Of a stretch of DNA of 64,000 bases, positions 26,420 through 36,627 are shown in pieces. How positions within the stretch are numbered: the stretch's first letter is position 1; every line of letters begins with the position of its first letter. Under the pieces are notes generated by a model. The model did not search any database. It saw only the letters and a list, made by a program, of their open reading frames with translations, and was not told where the DNA came from. A program made the position numbers and the translations under genes. Source of the stretch: Escherichia phage BEU50; sequence record OM632671.1; one strand, written 5' to 3'.

Positions 26420-26752
26420 ATGTCTACTAAAATCAAAAACGTAGTTAATTCTTTCGCTTTCGATAAAGTTGTTGCTCTTCTGGAATCCGGCAATATTGTT
26501 ACTCCTCAAGTTCTTGACGCGTGGGAATTCCGTCTTTATGAAATCATGCAAAAACACGACCAGAAAATTGGACGTAATTCTATTCGTGAAATTCTAGTAC
26601 AATATATTCTTTCTGAATTTGACGTTGCTGCATTTGGTGTTGAATCTAAAGCTTATCAGAAACATGAAATCTCTGAAAAGACTATCCGTCGTATGAAAAA
26701 TCAACGTAAGAAAAAATTCGTTGACCTGAAAATTGTTAAGGCGGTAAAATGA
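26420..26752 (+). CDS. hypothetical protein (110 aa)
   Basis: ATG 26420 after GAGGAAAA; the ORF-track ATG at 26372 lies inside the -10 hexamer. Confidence 0.5.
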   Translation: MSTKIKNVVNSFAFDKVVALLESGNIVTPQVLDAWEFRLYEIMQKHDQKIGRNSIREILVQYILSEFDVAAFGVESKAYQKHEISEKTIRRMKNQRKKKFVDLKIVKAVK

Positions 26753-26976
26753 GCGTATTAACAGAAACTTTGATTAATGACCTGCGTCTAGCTGGTTACG
26801 AAGTTGGTACAAATAGCCTAGGTCTTCCTCAGATTGAAGGGCCTGGATTTATCCTAGAATATGAATTCAAACAATGGTGGTTATATGCTACGGTTGACGA
26901 TGCGTTGAATATTGATTTTGTTGACCAATTTGATTCGTTGGATGCTGCTCTTGAAGCAGCAAAGGAACTAGAATGA
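26749..26976 (+). CDS. hypothetical acidic protein (75 aa)
   Basis: ATGA overlap. Confidence 0.45.
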   Translation: MSVLTETLINDLRLAGYEVGTNSLGLPQIEGPGFILEYEFKQWWLYATVDDALNIDFVDQFDSLDAALEAAKELE

Positions 26977-27242
26977 AATTAACTCGAATCAGTATAACTG
27001 AAGAAAAGCTGGGCGAATTTTATGTTGACGAATACATGAAAGTCACGTATTTTCCATTCGTTAAAGGTGTTGGTTTTTGGGAAACTCATGTATCTCAATT
27101 AAACGAAGGCGACTATAACGAAACACATGAGAACTTTTTAGATTTTCTTTATAATGCCGGTCTTACTGAGCTTTATATCGATATCCATGAGTTCAAACGT
27201 TTAATGGAAAAAGTGTTTCAGGCTTATTGTTTGCTCCGATAG
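26973..27242 (+). CDS. hypothetical protein (89 aa)
   Basis: ATGA overlap. Confidence 0.45.
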   Translation: MKLTRISITEEKLGEFYVDEYMKVTYFPFVKGVGFWETHVSQLNEGDYNETHENFLDFLYNAGLTELYIDIHEFKRLMEKVFQAYCLLR

Positions 27243-27249
27243 TATCTCG

Positions 27250-27293
27250 TGCTTTAAGATAGGTCTCTAAATATTATGATATAATAGACCTAT
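27250..27293 (+). promoter_or_regulatory. promoter-like element with 8-bp inverted repeat upstream of gene 55
   Basis: TGCTTTAA box; ATAGGTCT / AGACCTAT arms flanking TATTAT and TATAAT. Confidence 0.4.
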
Positions 27294-27314
27294 GAATTGA
27301 GCCAAGAGGTACTT

Positions 27315-27872
27315 ATGACTGAACAAAAACCTAAAAATAACTATGTGAATAATAAAGAGCTTCTCGCTGCTATAATCGAGTGGAAAAAGGAGCTCTTAAA
27401 TAATAAAGACCCAAACAAAATTATTCGTCAGAATGATACCATCGGATTAGCAATTATGCTTATCGCCGAAGGCCTGTCCAAACGTTTCAACTTTTCAGGA
27501 TATACCCAGTCTTGGAAGCAGGAGATGATTGCAGATGGGATTGAAGCCTCTATTAAAGGTCTTCATAATTTCGACGAAACTAAGTACAATAACCCACATG
27601 CATACATAACTCGAGCTTGTTTTAATGCTTTTGTCCAACGTATCAAAAAAGAACGTAAGGAAGTTGCAAAGAAATATAGTTACTTCGTTCATAATGTCTA
27701 CGACAGTCATGACGATGATATGGTAGCGTTGGTAGATGAAACGTTTATTCAAGACATCTACGATAAAATGACGCATTATGAAGAATCCGCTTATAAAGCT
27801 CCTGGGGCTGAAAAGAAGGAAGTTGTTAGCGATTCGCCTAGTTTGGATTTTTTATATGAGGATGACAATTGA
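27315..27872 (+). CDS. 55: late-transcription sigma factor gp55
   Basis: 185 aa, [17 protein letters not shown]...[25 protein letters not shown] matches T4 gp55. Confidence 0.95.
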   Translation: MTEQKPKNNYVNNKELLAAIIEWKKELLNNKDPNKIIRQNDTIGLAIMLIAEGLSKRFNFSGYTQSWKQEMIADGIEASIKGLHNFDETKYNNPHAYITRACFNAFVQRIKKERKEVAKKYSYFVHNVYDSHDDDMVALVDETFIQDIYDKMTHYEESAYKAPGAEKKEVVSDSPSLDFLYEDDN

Positions 27873-28071
27873 CATCTCTAACTATTTAGAAGAACCTTTT
27901 GACGAAGCAATCCCTTATTTGGTAAAACTGTTGGGTCGTGAATTTAAAATTAATTTTGACATCGACCCTTTGAACCCACATGACGTGTCATTTTCGATAA
28001 ATGGGACTCCGGTTGAGTATGAGTTCTGTATTGAAGAGGATGGGCGTTTTTATTTTAATTTAATGAGATAA
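27862..28071 (+). CDS. hypothetical protein (69 aa)
   Basis: Start chosen at ATG 27862, overlapping the gp55 end. Confidence 0.4.
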   Translation: MTIDISNYLEEPFDEAIPYLVKLLGREFKINFDIDPLNPHDVSFSINGTPVEYEFCIEEDGRFYFNLMR

Positions 28072-28072
28072 T

Positions 28073-28396
28073 ATGACTACCGAGATTATTGAAAATAAAG
28101 AAGCAGAAGATGCAGTAGCTAAAATGCTACAAGAAATCCAAAAGAAAAATGAAGCTGAAGCACGTAAAAAATCCGAAAAGATTCTTAAAAAGAATCGTTT
28201 TGAACTAAACCGTCTTTATGCTCATGCTCAAGAAGCAGCAATTCAAAACAACTTCGAAGCTTACGAATATGCTATTAAGAAATCTCGGGATATTCTACGA
28301 CAACCATATAATGACAAGTTAATTAAAATCCAGTGGGTTACTACTCGTCAGGCTATTGAGGACATCATTAATGGCGCTAGTTCAAACAAAGTTTAA
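28073..28396 (+). CDS. hypothetical protein (107 aa)
   Basis: ORF track. Confidence 0.5.
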   Translation: MTTEIIENKEAEDAVAKMLQEIQKKNEAEARKKSEKILKKNRFELNRLYAHAQEAAIQNNFEAYEYAIKKSRDILRQPYNDKLIKIQWVTTRQAIEDIINGASSNKV

Positions 28397-28577
28397 ACGT
28401 CTGAAGCTGAACGCAGGGTTCACCCTTAAATTGGGAGGTCCTCTTTGTGTTAAAATTTCTGAAAAGGAATATCACGACGGTTCTATTACAGAAATTTGTC
28501 CGCCTATTGTAAAGGCAGACCCAAAACAACTCGTGTGGGTCGATTCATTTCAAGTTAAGAAATGGTGGAAACGATGA
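28371..28577 (+). CDS. hypothetical protein (68 aa)
   Basis: ATG 28371 after GAGGA; ORF-track start is TTG. Confidence 0.4.
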   Translation: MALVQTKFKRLKLNAGFTLKLGGPLCVKISEKEYHDGSITEICPPIVKADPKQLVWVDSFQVKKWWKR

Positions 28578-28616
28578 GAGAAATTGATTTAGGCATTTTC
28601 TGAGAGGTGCTTATGC

Positions 28617-28790
28617 ATGACGAACGACCTGACCTCTGAAAATTTCGATAAAATCCGTAAAGGCAAAGCAGAAAGAATGAGACGTTTTAAAGAGTCTTAT
28701 GATAAAGCTAAAGCCGAAGGAACTATTACATACAAGCCCATTAGATTTAAAAGTTCAAATGAGCCTCTGTACGGTGTACTATGTGGATAG
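28617..28790 (+). CDS. small hypothetical protein (57 aa)
   Basis: ATG after GAGAGG; below ORF-track cutoff. Confidence 0.3.
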   Translation: MTNDLTSENFDKIRKGKAERMRRFKESYDKAKAEGTITYKPIRFKSSNEPLYGVLCG

Positions 28791-28814
28791 GAACTCTTCG
28801 GAGTTCCTTTTTTT
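28790..28814 (+). terminator. rho-independent terminator (UUCG tetraloop)
   Basis: GGAACTC-ttcg-GAGTTCC followed by TTTTTTT. Confidence 0.7.
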
Positions 28815-28837
28815 GCTTTATAAACGGATGATAAAAT
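28812..28837 (+). promoter_or_regulatory. MotA-box-like middle promoter upstream of gene 47
   Basis: TTTGCTTTA 28812-28820, then 11 nt, then TAAAAT. Confidence 0.45.
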
Positions 28838-28860
28838 GAATTAACTAATGAGGAAATAAT

Positions 28861-29880
28861 ATGAAAATTTTGCACTTAGGCGACTTCCATATCGGAGTCA
28901 AACAAGACGACCCATGGGTTCAAGATATTCAACGTGATGGTATTCGTCAAGCAATTGAATACTCTAAGAAACACGGGATTAAAACTTGGATTCAGTACGG
29001 TGATTGGTTCGACGTCCGTAAAGCAATAACACATCGTACAATGGAATTCAATCGTGAAATCGTTGATATGATTTCTAAAGCAGGCATTCACGTTCATGTC
29101 ACGATAGGAAACCATGACATGGCGTTTAAGAATACAATAACACCCAACACTGTTTCTGAATTGTTAACTCAATTTGAAAATTTTACTATTTACGAGCATC
29201 CAACTACTGTAGATTTTGACGGATGTCTTATTGATATCATTCCATGGATGTGTGAAGAAAATACAGGTGAAATCTTAGAGCACATCAAGACTTCTTCTGC
29301 AGCGTATTGTGTTGGGCACTGGGAACTGAACGGCTTTTATTTCTATAAAGGGATGAAGTCTCATGGGCTTGAACCTGATTTCTTAAAGACCTATAAACAA
29401 GTCTGGTCCGGCCACTTCCACACAATCTCTGAAGCTGCTAACGTCAAATATATTGGGACACCATGGACCCTTACTGCAGGTGATGAGAACGACCCACGCG
29501 GATTCTGGGTATTTGACACTGATGTTGAACGTATGGAATTTATTCCTAATGAAACAACATGGCATCGACGAATCACTTATCCGTTTAAAGGCAAAATCAA
29601 TTATTCTGATTATACTAATCTAGCCGTACGTGTTATAGTATCAGAAATTGATTCAGAGTTGACTAAGTTTGAATCTGAACTTGAAAAAGTAGTTCACTCT
29701 CTTCGTATGGTTTCTAAAGTTGATAACAGTGTTGAATCTGATGACGACCAGGAAATCGAGATTAAATCACTTCAAGATATCATTAAAGAATATATTGACG
29801 CGATTCCAGATATCTCAGACGAAGACAGAGAAGCGCTGGTCAAATATTCCAACGAACTTTATATTGAGGCAACACAATGA
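28861..29880 (+). CDS. 47: recombination nuclease subunit gp47 (Mre11-like)
   Basis: LHLGDFHIG, GNHD phosphoesterase motifs. Confidence 0.95.
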   Translation: MKILHLGDFHIGVKQDDPWVQDIQRDGIRQAIEYSKKHGIKTWIQYGDWFDVRKAITHRTMEFNREIVDMISKAGIHVHVTIGNHDMAFKNTITPNTVSELLTQFENFTIYEHPTTVDFDGCLIDIIPWMCEENTGEILEHIKTSSAAYCVGHWELNGFYFYKGMKSHGLEPDFLKTYKQVWSGHFHTISEAANVKYIGTPWTLTAGDENDPRGFWVFDTDVERMEFIPNETTWHRRITYPFKGKINYSDYTNLAVRVIVSEIDSELTKFESELEKVVHSLRMVSKVDNSVESDDDQEIEIKSLQDIIKEYIDAIPDISDEDREALVKYSNELYIEATQ

Positions 29881-30140
29881 CTTTAGATGAATTTAACAAT
29901 GCTGGACTCAGGCTTGAAGTTGAAATGGACGTTAAAGATGATGATGGATTCGAGAACACTATCAAGTATTGGATTGAGCCATTACGCGTTGAAGGCAATG
30001 AAGTTAAAGCAGTTCATGTCTGCACCGACTGGGCTGTATCCTTTAACTTCAACATTTTAGATAATGACACACCTAAATCATTGCGAGATATGGCTGTATC
30101 TTGTATTAAGGATGCATACTGTGAAGTTTTCGACATTTGA
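29877..30140 (+). CDS. hypothetical protein (87 aa)
   Basis: ATGA overlap with gene 47. Confidence 0.45.
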   Translation: MTLDEFNNAGLRLEVEMDVKDDDGFENTIKYWIEPLRVEGNEVKAVHVCTDWAVSFNFNILDNDTPKSLRDMAVSCIKDAYCEVFDI

Positions 30141-30156
30141 CATTAATGATGAATTC
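30108..30156 (+). repeat. diverged direct repeat, copy A (SD + GTGAAG start + first codons)
   Basis: AAGGA, GTGAAG and GA(C/T)ATTAATGA(T/C)GAATT in the same spacing as 30312..30358. Confidence 0.5.
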
Positions 30157-30327
30157 ATAGCAAACATTGATTATACCGAAGAAGATTCTAGATATGTTGG
30201 AATAATTTATATTACATCAAAAACAGCACAAGGCGTTGTTTGCATGGCTGAATTTGATGAATACTTTTTAGATTATGATGATATGATAGAATGGTCTAAA
30301 AGATACATTAAAAGGAATCTTTTGTGA
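30121..30327 (+). CDS. hypothetical protein (about 68 aa)
   Basis: GTG start with AAGGA SD; N-terminus duplicated at the start of the downstream HNH gene. Confidence 0.4.
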   Translation: MKFSTFDINDEFIANIDYTEEDSRYVGIIYITSKTAQGVVCMAEFDEYFLDYDDMIEWSKRYIKRNLL

Positions 30328-30358
30328 AGAATTTTAAACTTGATATTAATGACGAATT
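30312..30358 (+). repeat. diverged direct repeat, copy B, at the start of the HNH gene
   Basis: Collinear with 30108..30156. Confidence 0.5.
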
Positions 30359-31178
30359 TTTAATAAAGGAATTAGTTGAAAAATTAGTGTTGAGCGAAGA
30401 AGACGCCAAGTCTTACATTAATTTTATTTCTATGAATTCAACTGTTAAAACTCCGGGTAAAACGGAAGCACATCACGTGCTTCCTAAATCAATATTTCCT
30501 GAATATTTAAAATCTACATGGAATTTAGTTAATTTAAGTCATTTTAATCATTTCAAAGCACATTTCTTATTAGCAAAAGGTAAAAATGGAAAAATGCTAA
30601 ATGCTTTAAATAGAATGATGTCAGGAAAAACATATAAAAATTTATCTTTAGCCGAAGTTGATTTAATAGCTGCTGAATATAGTTTTATAAGACAAGATGT
30701 AAGTGACACAATATCAAAAAGGCTTCAACAATATTATTCAAATCCGCAAAATAGAAATGCTGCTAGAGAAAGGGCATTAAAATATTTTTCAGTAGCAAAA
30801 AATAGGAAAGATAACAAAGAAAGATTAAATAATTTTAAAACAAAACAAAAAATTTCAATGGCTTCAAGGGAATGGTTTAATAACGAAGAAAATAAAATTA
30901 AACACCAAAAGGCTGTTCGTGCTGCTTTATCAAAACCTGAATATAAAATAGCTATATCAAATTCAGTAGCTGCTAGTTGGAAAAATCCGGAGATTAGAAA
31001 AGCTCATATAGCATCTCGACGAAAAGGCTATCATTGGGATAATAAAGATAAATTGTATGAATTGTGGATATCATATAATCGTCCTAAACATGTGATGTTT
31101 AGGAAAATGTTAGTTAAGAATGGATATCCAATAGAGGCTTCATTACAGGCTTTAGTTAAAGAATTTTCTTCATTGTGA
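30324..31178 (+). CDS. HNH homing endonuclease inserted between genes 47 and 46
   Basis: GTG start; AHHVLPKSIFPEY...LVNLSHFNHFKAH motif; Lys-rich NUMOD-like C-terminus. Confidence 0.75.
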   Translation: MKNFKLDINDEFLIKELVEKLVLSEEDAKSYINFISMNSTVKTPGKTEAHHVLPKSIFPEYLKSTWNLVNLSHFNHFKAHFLLAKGKNGKMLNALNRMMSGKTYKNLSLAEVDLIAAEYSFIRQDVSDTISKRLQQYYSNPQNRNAARERALKYFSVAKNRKDNKERLNNFKTKQKISMASREWFNNEENKIKHQKAVRAALSKPEYKIAISNSVAASWKNPEIRKAHIASRRKGYHWDNKDKLYELWISYNRPKHVMFRKMLVKNGYPIEASLQALVKEFSSL

Positions 31179-31193
31179 ACAATTGGATACAAA

Positions 31194-32882
31194 ATGAAAT
31201 CATTTAAACTTAATAGAGTAAAATATAAAAATATAATGTCAGTTGGTCAAAATGGAGTTGACATTCAATTAGATAAAGTCCAAAAGACATTAATCACTGG
31301 TAAAAATGGCGGTGGTAAATCTACGATGTTAGAAGCCATCACTTTTGGACTTTTCGGCAAACCATTTCGTGATGTTAAGAAAGGACAAATCATTAATAGC
31401 ACGAACAAGAAAGAGCTCTTAGTTGAGCTTTGGATGGAATTCGATGATAAAAAATACTTCATTAGACGTGGCCAAAAGCCCAATATTTTCGAAATCTCCG
31501 TTGACGGTGTTCGTCTTGATGAATCTGCCAGCAGTCGTGACTTCCAAGAAGAATTTGAACGTAGCATCGGAATGTCATACGCGTCTTTTAAACAAATCGT
31601 TGTGCTTGGGACGGCAGGGTATACCCCTTTCATGGCTCTTAGCACCCCTGCTCGTAGAAAACTTGTCGAAGACCTTTTAGAAGTCGGCACACTCGCTGAA
31701 ATGGATAAAATCAATAAGTCTCAAGTTCGAGAACTTAATTCCCAGGGACAAGTTCTCGATGCCAAGAAAGATGGTGTTATCCAACAAATTAAGATTTATA
31801 ACGAGAATATCGAACGTCAAAAGAAATTATCTGGTGATAATGTAGCGCGTCTACAGAATATGTATGACGACCTAGCCAAAGAAGCTCGTTCATTAAAAGC
31901 AGAAATCGAAGAAGCTAATGAGCGACTACTTAATATCGTTCTTGATGAAGACCCTACTGAGGCATTCAACAAGATCGGACAAGAAGCATTCTTGATTAAA
32001 TCTAAAATTGACTCATATAACAAAGTTATTAAGATGTATCATGATGGTGGTACATGTCCTACTTGTGCATCACAGTTGCACCAGGGTGATCCTATTGTCT
32101 CTAAGATTACCGATAAGCTTCACGAATGTAATCACTCATTCGAGCAACTTACATGTCACAGAGATAATCTGAGTGTCCTAGTGGACGAATATAGAGCTAA
32201 TGTTAAGACTAAACAGGACCTTGCATCTGATATTCGTACCAAGAAACAAGCAATGATTGCCACTATTGATAAAGCTAAGAAAGTTAAAGCTGCAATAGAA
32301 CAAGCCTCGGCGGAATTTATCGACCATGCCGATGAGATAGCTTTGCTTCAAAAAGAACTTGATAAAATCATTAAAACAAAATCGGATATCGTTCTTGAAA
32401 AATACCATCGCGGTATTATCACAGATATGTTAAAAGATTCTGGTATTAAAGGTGCTATCATTAAAAAATATGTGCCTCTGTTCAACAAGCAGATTAACCA
32501 TTATCTTAAAATCATGGAAGCTGATTATGTGTTTTCTATTGACGAAGAATTCAATGAATCTATAAAATCACGTGGACGTGAAGAATTCAGTTATGCTTCG
32601 TTTAGTCAAGGTGAAAAGGCACGTATCGATATCGCATTGTTGTTTACATGGCGAGATATCGCTGAAAAGGTCTCTGGCGTTAGAATCAATACATTAATTA
32701 TGGACGAAGTCATGGATTCCGCGACTGATTCTGAAGGTATTAAAGCTATTTCAACAATTCTTAACTCTCTAACCGATGCAAACGTGTTTATAATTAGTCA
32801 CAGAGACCATGACCCACAAGCTTATGGACAACATCTTCAAATGAGCAAAGTTGGACGATTTACTGTAATGAAAGCCTCTTAA
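31194..32882 (+). CDS. 46: recombination ATPase gp46 (Rad50-like)
   Basis: Walker A GKNGGGKST, CPTC zinc hook, long coiled coil, C-terminal signature region. Confidence 0.95.
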   Translation: MKSFKLNRVKYKNIMSVGQNGVDIQLDKVQKTLITGKNGGGKSTMLEAITFGLFGKPFRDVKKGQIINSTNKKELLVELWMEFDDKKYFIRRGQKPNIFEISVDGVRLDESASSRDFQEEFERSIGMSYASFKQIVVLGTAGYTPFMALSTPARRKLVEDLLEVGTLAEMDKINKSQVRELNSQGQVLDAKKDGVIQQIKIYNENIERQKKLSGDNVARLQNMYDDLAKEARSLKAEIEEANERLLNIVLDEDPTEAFNKIGQEAFLIKSKIDSYNKVIKMYHDGGTCPTCASQLHQGDPIVSKITDKLHECNHSFEQLTCHRDNLSVLVDEYRANVKTKQDLASDIRTKKQAMIATIDKAKKVKAAIEQASAEFIDHADEIALLQKELDKIIKTKSDIVLEKYHRGIITDMLKDSGIKGAIIKKYVPLFNKQINHYLKIMEADYVFSIDEEFNESIKSRGREEFSYASFSQGEKARIDIALLFTWRDIAEKVSGVRINTLIMDEVMDSATDSEGIKAISTILNSLTDANVFIISHRDHDPQAYGQHLQMSKVGRFTVMKAS

Positions 32883-33595
32883 TGAGGCTTATATTTACAA
32901 TTATCGAAATGCCAACGATGCATATTAGCAGGGATCCCTATTTTATCGCAATGAGGACATTTAATTTTCTTGTCCTCTTTTTTCTTTCTGTTAGGATTTG
33001 ATTTACAGAATTTTATATGTGGCTTTAACGCCGATAACTTAGTAGTTAAGCCACAAAACGGGCAAGAATCTTCTTTCCAAATTTTCGTGGCCATGGTTTT
33101 AATTATTTTATCTTTTGTTTCTTGATCAAGTTTTACTATTTTAGGCGTTGGACCTTGTTTACAATTATCAAAATGCCAACGTCGCATGTTTCCTTCAGTT
33201 CCAGTTAAACCACAATGTGGACAGGTAATCTTTGGTTTATTTTTTGCAGACTCGGACATTTTCTTACGGGTTTCAGCAGTGAATTCTTTATTCTTTTGAA
33301 CTTCTTGATTCTTACGTCGAAGCCATCCAAATAATTTGTTTTTGCTTCTATCTGCTTTAGGAGATGATATGGTCATCATACGAGCGGCATATATTAAAGA
33401 GGCATTATCTGGATGGATTTTTACCAACAGTTGATGTGCCAAATAATGTTCTTCCGGTGTTAAGTCTACTAAGTTTAAAGCATCATCACTTCCACCTAAA
33501 CATTGTGGTATAATGTGATGACGTTCTGTATAACCATCTAAACTTCTTGATTTAGCATTGGTGATAAGCTTTTCGTATATTGAGTTATAATTCAT
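32879..33595 (-). CDS. HNH homing endonuclease (minus strand)
   Basis: MNYNSIY N-terminus; HHIIPQCLGGSDDALNLVDLTPEEH; C-terminal CPxCG zinc-finger repeats. Confidence 0.8.
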   Translation of the reverse strand: MNYNSIYEKLITNAKSRSLDGYTERHHIIPQCLGGSDDALNLVDLTPEEHYLAHQLLVKIHPDNASLIYAARMMTISSPKADRSKNKLFGWLRRKNQEVQKNKEFTAETRKKMSESAKNKPKITCPHCGLTGTEGNMRRWHFDNCKQGPTPKIVKLDQETKDKIIKTMATKIWKEDSCPFCGLTTKLSALKPHIKFCKSNPNRKKKEDKKIKCPHCDKIGIPANMHRWHFDNCKYKPH

Positions 33596-33672
33596 TTACT
33601 AAATCCTTATTTGATACAGCAACAGATAAATTGATAAACCTATTTATATTGCTTTAATCACGGAGATTTATA

Positions 33673-33864
33673 ATGGCGGAGTATTCAACCGGACAACATC
33701 TTCTCGTTGTCCCTGAAATTAAAAGATATGTTTTGACCAATACGTTTTCAGGTGAAGAACATATTGTTACTGAACAAATGCTCAAATCTGCTTTTAAAGA
33801 TGAGTATAATAAAATAATGTCTAATCGCAATTCCGCATGGACAGTTACCGACTTCTACGAATAA
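33673..33864 (+). CDS. hypothetical protein (63 aa)
   Basis: ORF track; upstream GCTTTA box. Confidence 0.45.
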   Translation: MAEYSTGQHLLVVPEIKRYVLTNTFSGEEHIVTEQMLKSAFKDEYNKIMSNRNSAWTVTDFYE

Positions 33865-33876
33865 GAGAGAAATAAT

Positions 33877-34293
33877 ATGTTTACTACTGCTAAAGGTTTC
33901 ACTGCTGCTGATCTGAAAGTTACTTCTATCCGTACTGACGCTAACCCACATAACCATAATCGTGTTCGTAAAGCATGGGTCCTGCATTGTGATGACGCAA
34001 GTGCTAAAAAACTCCAATCTTTGCCACAAGAAACTCGTTTTATGATTTATGGTTTTATTGATAACGATGTATCTGATATGTGGATTCATCTGATGCGTAA
34101 GCACTATAAAGATTCTATTGAAGCTGGCGGAAAAATCGTTCTTGATAAAGACGGTTCTGAGCGTCTGGAAGATTTCTATTGTGTTGATGCCGACGAACAA
34201 CTAATTGCAGCTGGCGAAATTGTTGCTTCTAAAATTCCAGAATATATTGAATCACTGCCTGAAGCTATTAAAAAGCAGATGGTTGCTGCATAA
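33877..34293 (+). CDS. rpbA: RNA polymerase binding protein RpbA (by position)
   Basis: 138-aa ORF immediately upstream of gene 45; assignment by synteny only. Confidence 0.5.
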   Translation: MFTTAKGFTAADLKVTSIRTDANPHNHNRVRKAWVLHCDDASAKKLQSLPQETRFMIYGFIDNDVSDMWIHLMRKHYKDSIEAGGKIVLDKDGSERLEDFYCVDADEQLIAAGEIVASKIPEYIESLPEAIKKQMVAA

Positions 34294-34335
34294 TAAATTT
34301 GTTATAAACTTTGAATTGTCTTGAAAGGAAATAAA

Positions 34336-35022
34336 ATGAAACTGTCTAAAGATACTATCGCTATTCTGAAAAACTTTGCCTCTATTAACTCCGGCATTCT
34401 GCTTAGTCAAGGTAAATTTATTATGACTCGTGCAGTTAATGGCACCACTTATGCGGAAGCAAATATCTCCGATGAAATTGATTTTGACGTAGCACTTTAT
34501 GATTTGAATAGCTTCTTAAGCATTTTGAGTCTAGTGTCTGATGATGCTGAAATTTCAATGCACACTGATGGCAATATTAAAATTGCAGACACACGTTCCA
34601 CAGTTTATTGGCCTGCCGCTGACAAGAGCACCATTGTTTTTCCTAATAAGCCAATTCAATTCCCAGTGGCTTCTGTGATTACTGAAATTAAAGCCGAAGA
34701 CCTTCAACAATTGCTTCGAGTTTCACGTGGTCTTCAGATTGATACAATTGCTATTACAAATAAAGATGGTAAAATTGTTATCAACGGCTATAATAAAGTT
34801 GAAGATTCTGGACTAACTCGTCCTAAGTATTCTTTGACTCTTACCGATTATGATGGTTCTAACAACTTTAACTTCGTAATCAATATGGCTAATATGAAAA
34901 TCCAGCCAGGTAACTATAAAGTAATGTTGTGGGGAGCTGGTGATAAAGTTGCAGCTAAGTTTGAAAGCTCTCAAGTAAGTTATGTTATTGCGATGGAAGC
35001 CGATTCTACCCACGACTTCTAA
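34336..35022 (+). CDS. 45: sliding clamp gp45
   Basis: 228 aa; MKLSKDTIAILKNFASINSGI...ALEADSTHDF close to T4 gp45. Confidence 0.95.
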   Translation: MKLSKDTIAILKNFASINSGILLSQGKFIMTRAVNGTTYAEANISDEIDFDVALYDLNSFLSILSLVSDDAEISMHTDGNIKIADTRSTVYWPAADKSTIVFPNKPIQFPVASVITEIKAEDLQQLLRVSRGLQIDTIAITNKDGKIVINGYNKVEDSGLTRPKYSLTLTDYDGSNNFNFVINMANMKIQPGNYKVMLWGAGDKVAAKFESSQVSYVIAMEADSTHDF

Positions 35023-35054
35023 GTCAAAGCTTTACGTTTATTGTGATACGTTTA

Positions 35055-35072
35055 TGGAGGAGAAATCCTCCA
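35055..35072 (+). promoter_or_regulatory. GNRA-tetraloop hairpin between genes 45 and 44
   Basis: TGGAGGA-gaaa-TCCTCCA. Confidence 0.45.
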
Positions 35073-35097
35073 GTTTAATGATAATGAGGAAAATTAC

Positions 35098-36060
35098 ATG
35101 ATTACTATCAATTCCAAAGAACACATTCTAGAACAGAAATATCGTCCTTCTTCCATTGACGAATGTATTCTGCCTGCGTATGACCATGAAACATTCAAGT
35201 CTTTAGTATCTAAAGGAAAACTTCCTCATATTATTTTGCACTCTCCTTCTCCTGGTACAGGTAAAACAACCGTAGCAAAAGCATTATGTAACGATATCAA
35301 CGCTGAAATGATGTTCGTCAACGGTTCTGATTGTAAGATTGATTTTGTGCGTGGTCCGTTAACTGCATTCGCTCGTTCAGTCTCAATGGAAGGCAAGCCG
35401 AAAGTTATCGTTATCGATGAATTTGACCGTAGTGGCCTTGCTGAATCACAACGGCACCTTCGTACATTCATGGAAGAATTCTCTAGTAACTGTTCTATTA
35501 TTATTACTGCTAACAACATCGATGGAATTATTGAACCATTACGTAGTCGTTGTCGAGTTATCGAATTCGGACGTCCAACCGAAGAAGATAAAATCTCGAT
35601 GATGAAGAAAATGATTCATCGTATGGTTGAAATCTGTAAGAACGAAAATATCGAAATCGCTGATATGAAAGTTGTTGCAGCTCTGGTTAAAAAGAACTTC
35701 CCGGACTTTCGTCGTACAATTGGACAATTAGACCAGTACTCGTCTAAAGGTGTTCTCGATGCAGGTATTCTGTCTATCGTAACTAATGACCGTGGCACAG
35801 TCTCTGATGTTATCGAAGCAATGAAGAACAAAGATATCAAACAACTTCGTGCATTAGCTCCAAAATATGCTGCAGATTATTCATGGTTCATCGATAAATT
35901 AGTTTCAGAATGTTATGACCAAGTTGCACCTGGTAAAAGTATTATTTCGCTTTACGAAATTGCAGGCGAAAATAATAAGTTTCATGGACTAGCTAGTAAT
36001 ATTGAATTACATGTTATGTATATGCTTCTTCAATTGACTTGTGAACTGACTTGGAAATAA
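35098..36060 (+). CDS. 44: clamp loader large subunit gp44
   Basis: AAA+ motifs GTGKTT, DEFD, SRC. Confidence 0.95.
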   Translation: MITINSKEHILEQKYRPSSIDECILPAYDHETFKSLVSKGKLPHIILHSPSPGTGKTTVAKALCNDINAEMMFVNGSDCKIDFVRGPLTAFARSVSMEGKPKVIVIDEFDRSGLAESQRHLRTFMEEFSSNCSIIITANNIDGIIEPLRSRCRVIEFGRPTEEDKISMMKKMIHRMVEICKNENIEIADMKVVAALVKKNFPDFRRTIGQLDQYSSKGVLDAGILSIVTNDRGTVSDVIEAMKNKDIKQLRALAPKYAADYSWFIDKLVSECYDQVAPGKSIISLYEIAGENNKFHGLASNIELHVMYMLLQLTCELTWK

Positions 36061-36061
36061 T

Positions 36062-36625
36062 ATGAACTTATTCGATGATGACGTCCGGCTTAACGAGCAC
36101 CAAATTGCATGGAAGTCTAATGACGCTGATGCGATTCAAAAATGTGCTGACATGTTTAAAGAAAAACCTGAGAATGAATTCTTTAAAATCATTAATGCTA
36201 TTAATGAAAAGAAATCTATGTCAATTGCTCAGGTCGACTACTCAAAATTTATGGTTGAGAACTCATTATCCCAGTTCCCGGAATGTATGCCAGCTGTTTA
36301 CATGATGAACTTAGTCGGTTCTGAATTAAGTGATGAAGCACACTTCAACTATATGATGGCGGCAATTCCGCGTGGTCGTCGATTCTCTAAATGGGCTAAA
36401 CTAGTTGAAGACACTTCAGAGTTACTAGTTATCAAACTGTTGATGAAACATTACACAATCAACATGAATGATGCTACCGAGTATAAGCGGCTCCTTGAAA
36501 AAAATAACAAGTTGCCAATAGTCCTTAAAGAACTGAAGGCCATGGTCACTGATGAGTTTCTCAAAGAAGTTACAAAAAATGTGAAAGAACAAAAACAATT
36601 TAAAAAATTAGCATTGGAATGGTAA
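36062..36625 (+). CDS. 62: clamp loader small subunit gp62
   Basis: Position and size between 44 and regA. Confidence 0.85.
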   Translation: MNLFDDDVRLNEHQIAWKSNDADAIQKCADMFKEKPENEFFKIINAINEKKSMSIAQVDYSKFMVENSLSQFPECMPAVYMMNLVGSELSDEAHFNYMMAAIPRGRRFSKWAKLVEDTSELLVIKLLMKHYTINMNDATEYKRLLEKNNKLPIVLKELKAMVTDEFLKEVTKNVKEQKQFKKLALEW

Positions 36626-36627
36626 AA

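Noticed and set aside
33644-33675. MotA-box-like TTGCTTTAA followed by TATAAT as the promoter for the ORF at 33673
   Set aside because: The -10 hexamer overlaps that ORF's ATG, so a transcript from it could not include the start codon; if functional it would serve the downstream rpbA and gene 45 instead, and it was not listed as a feature.
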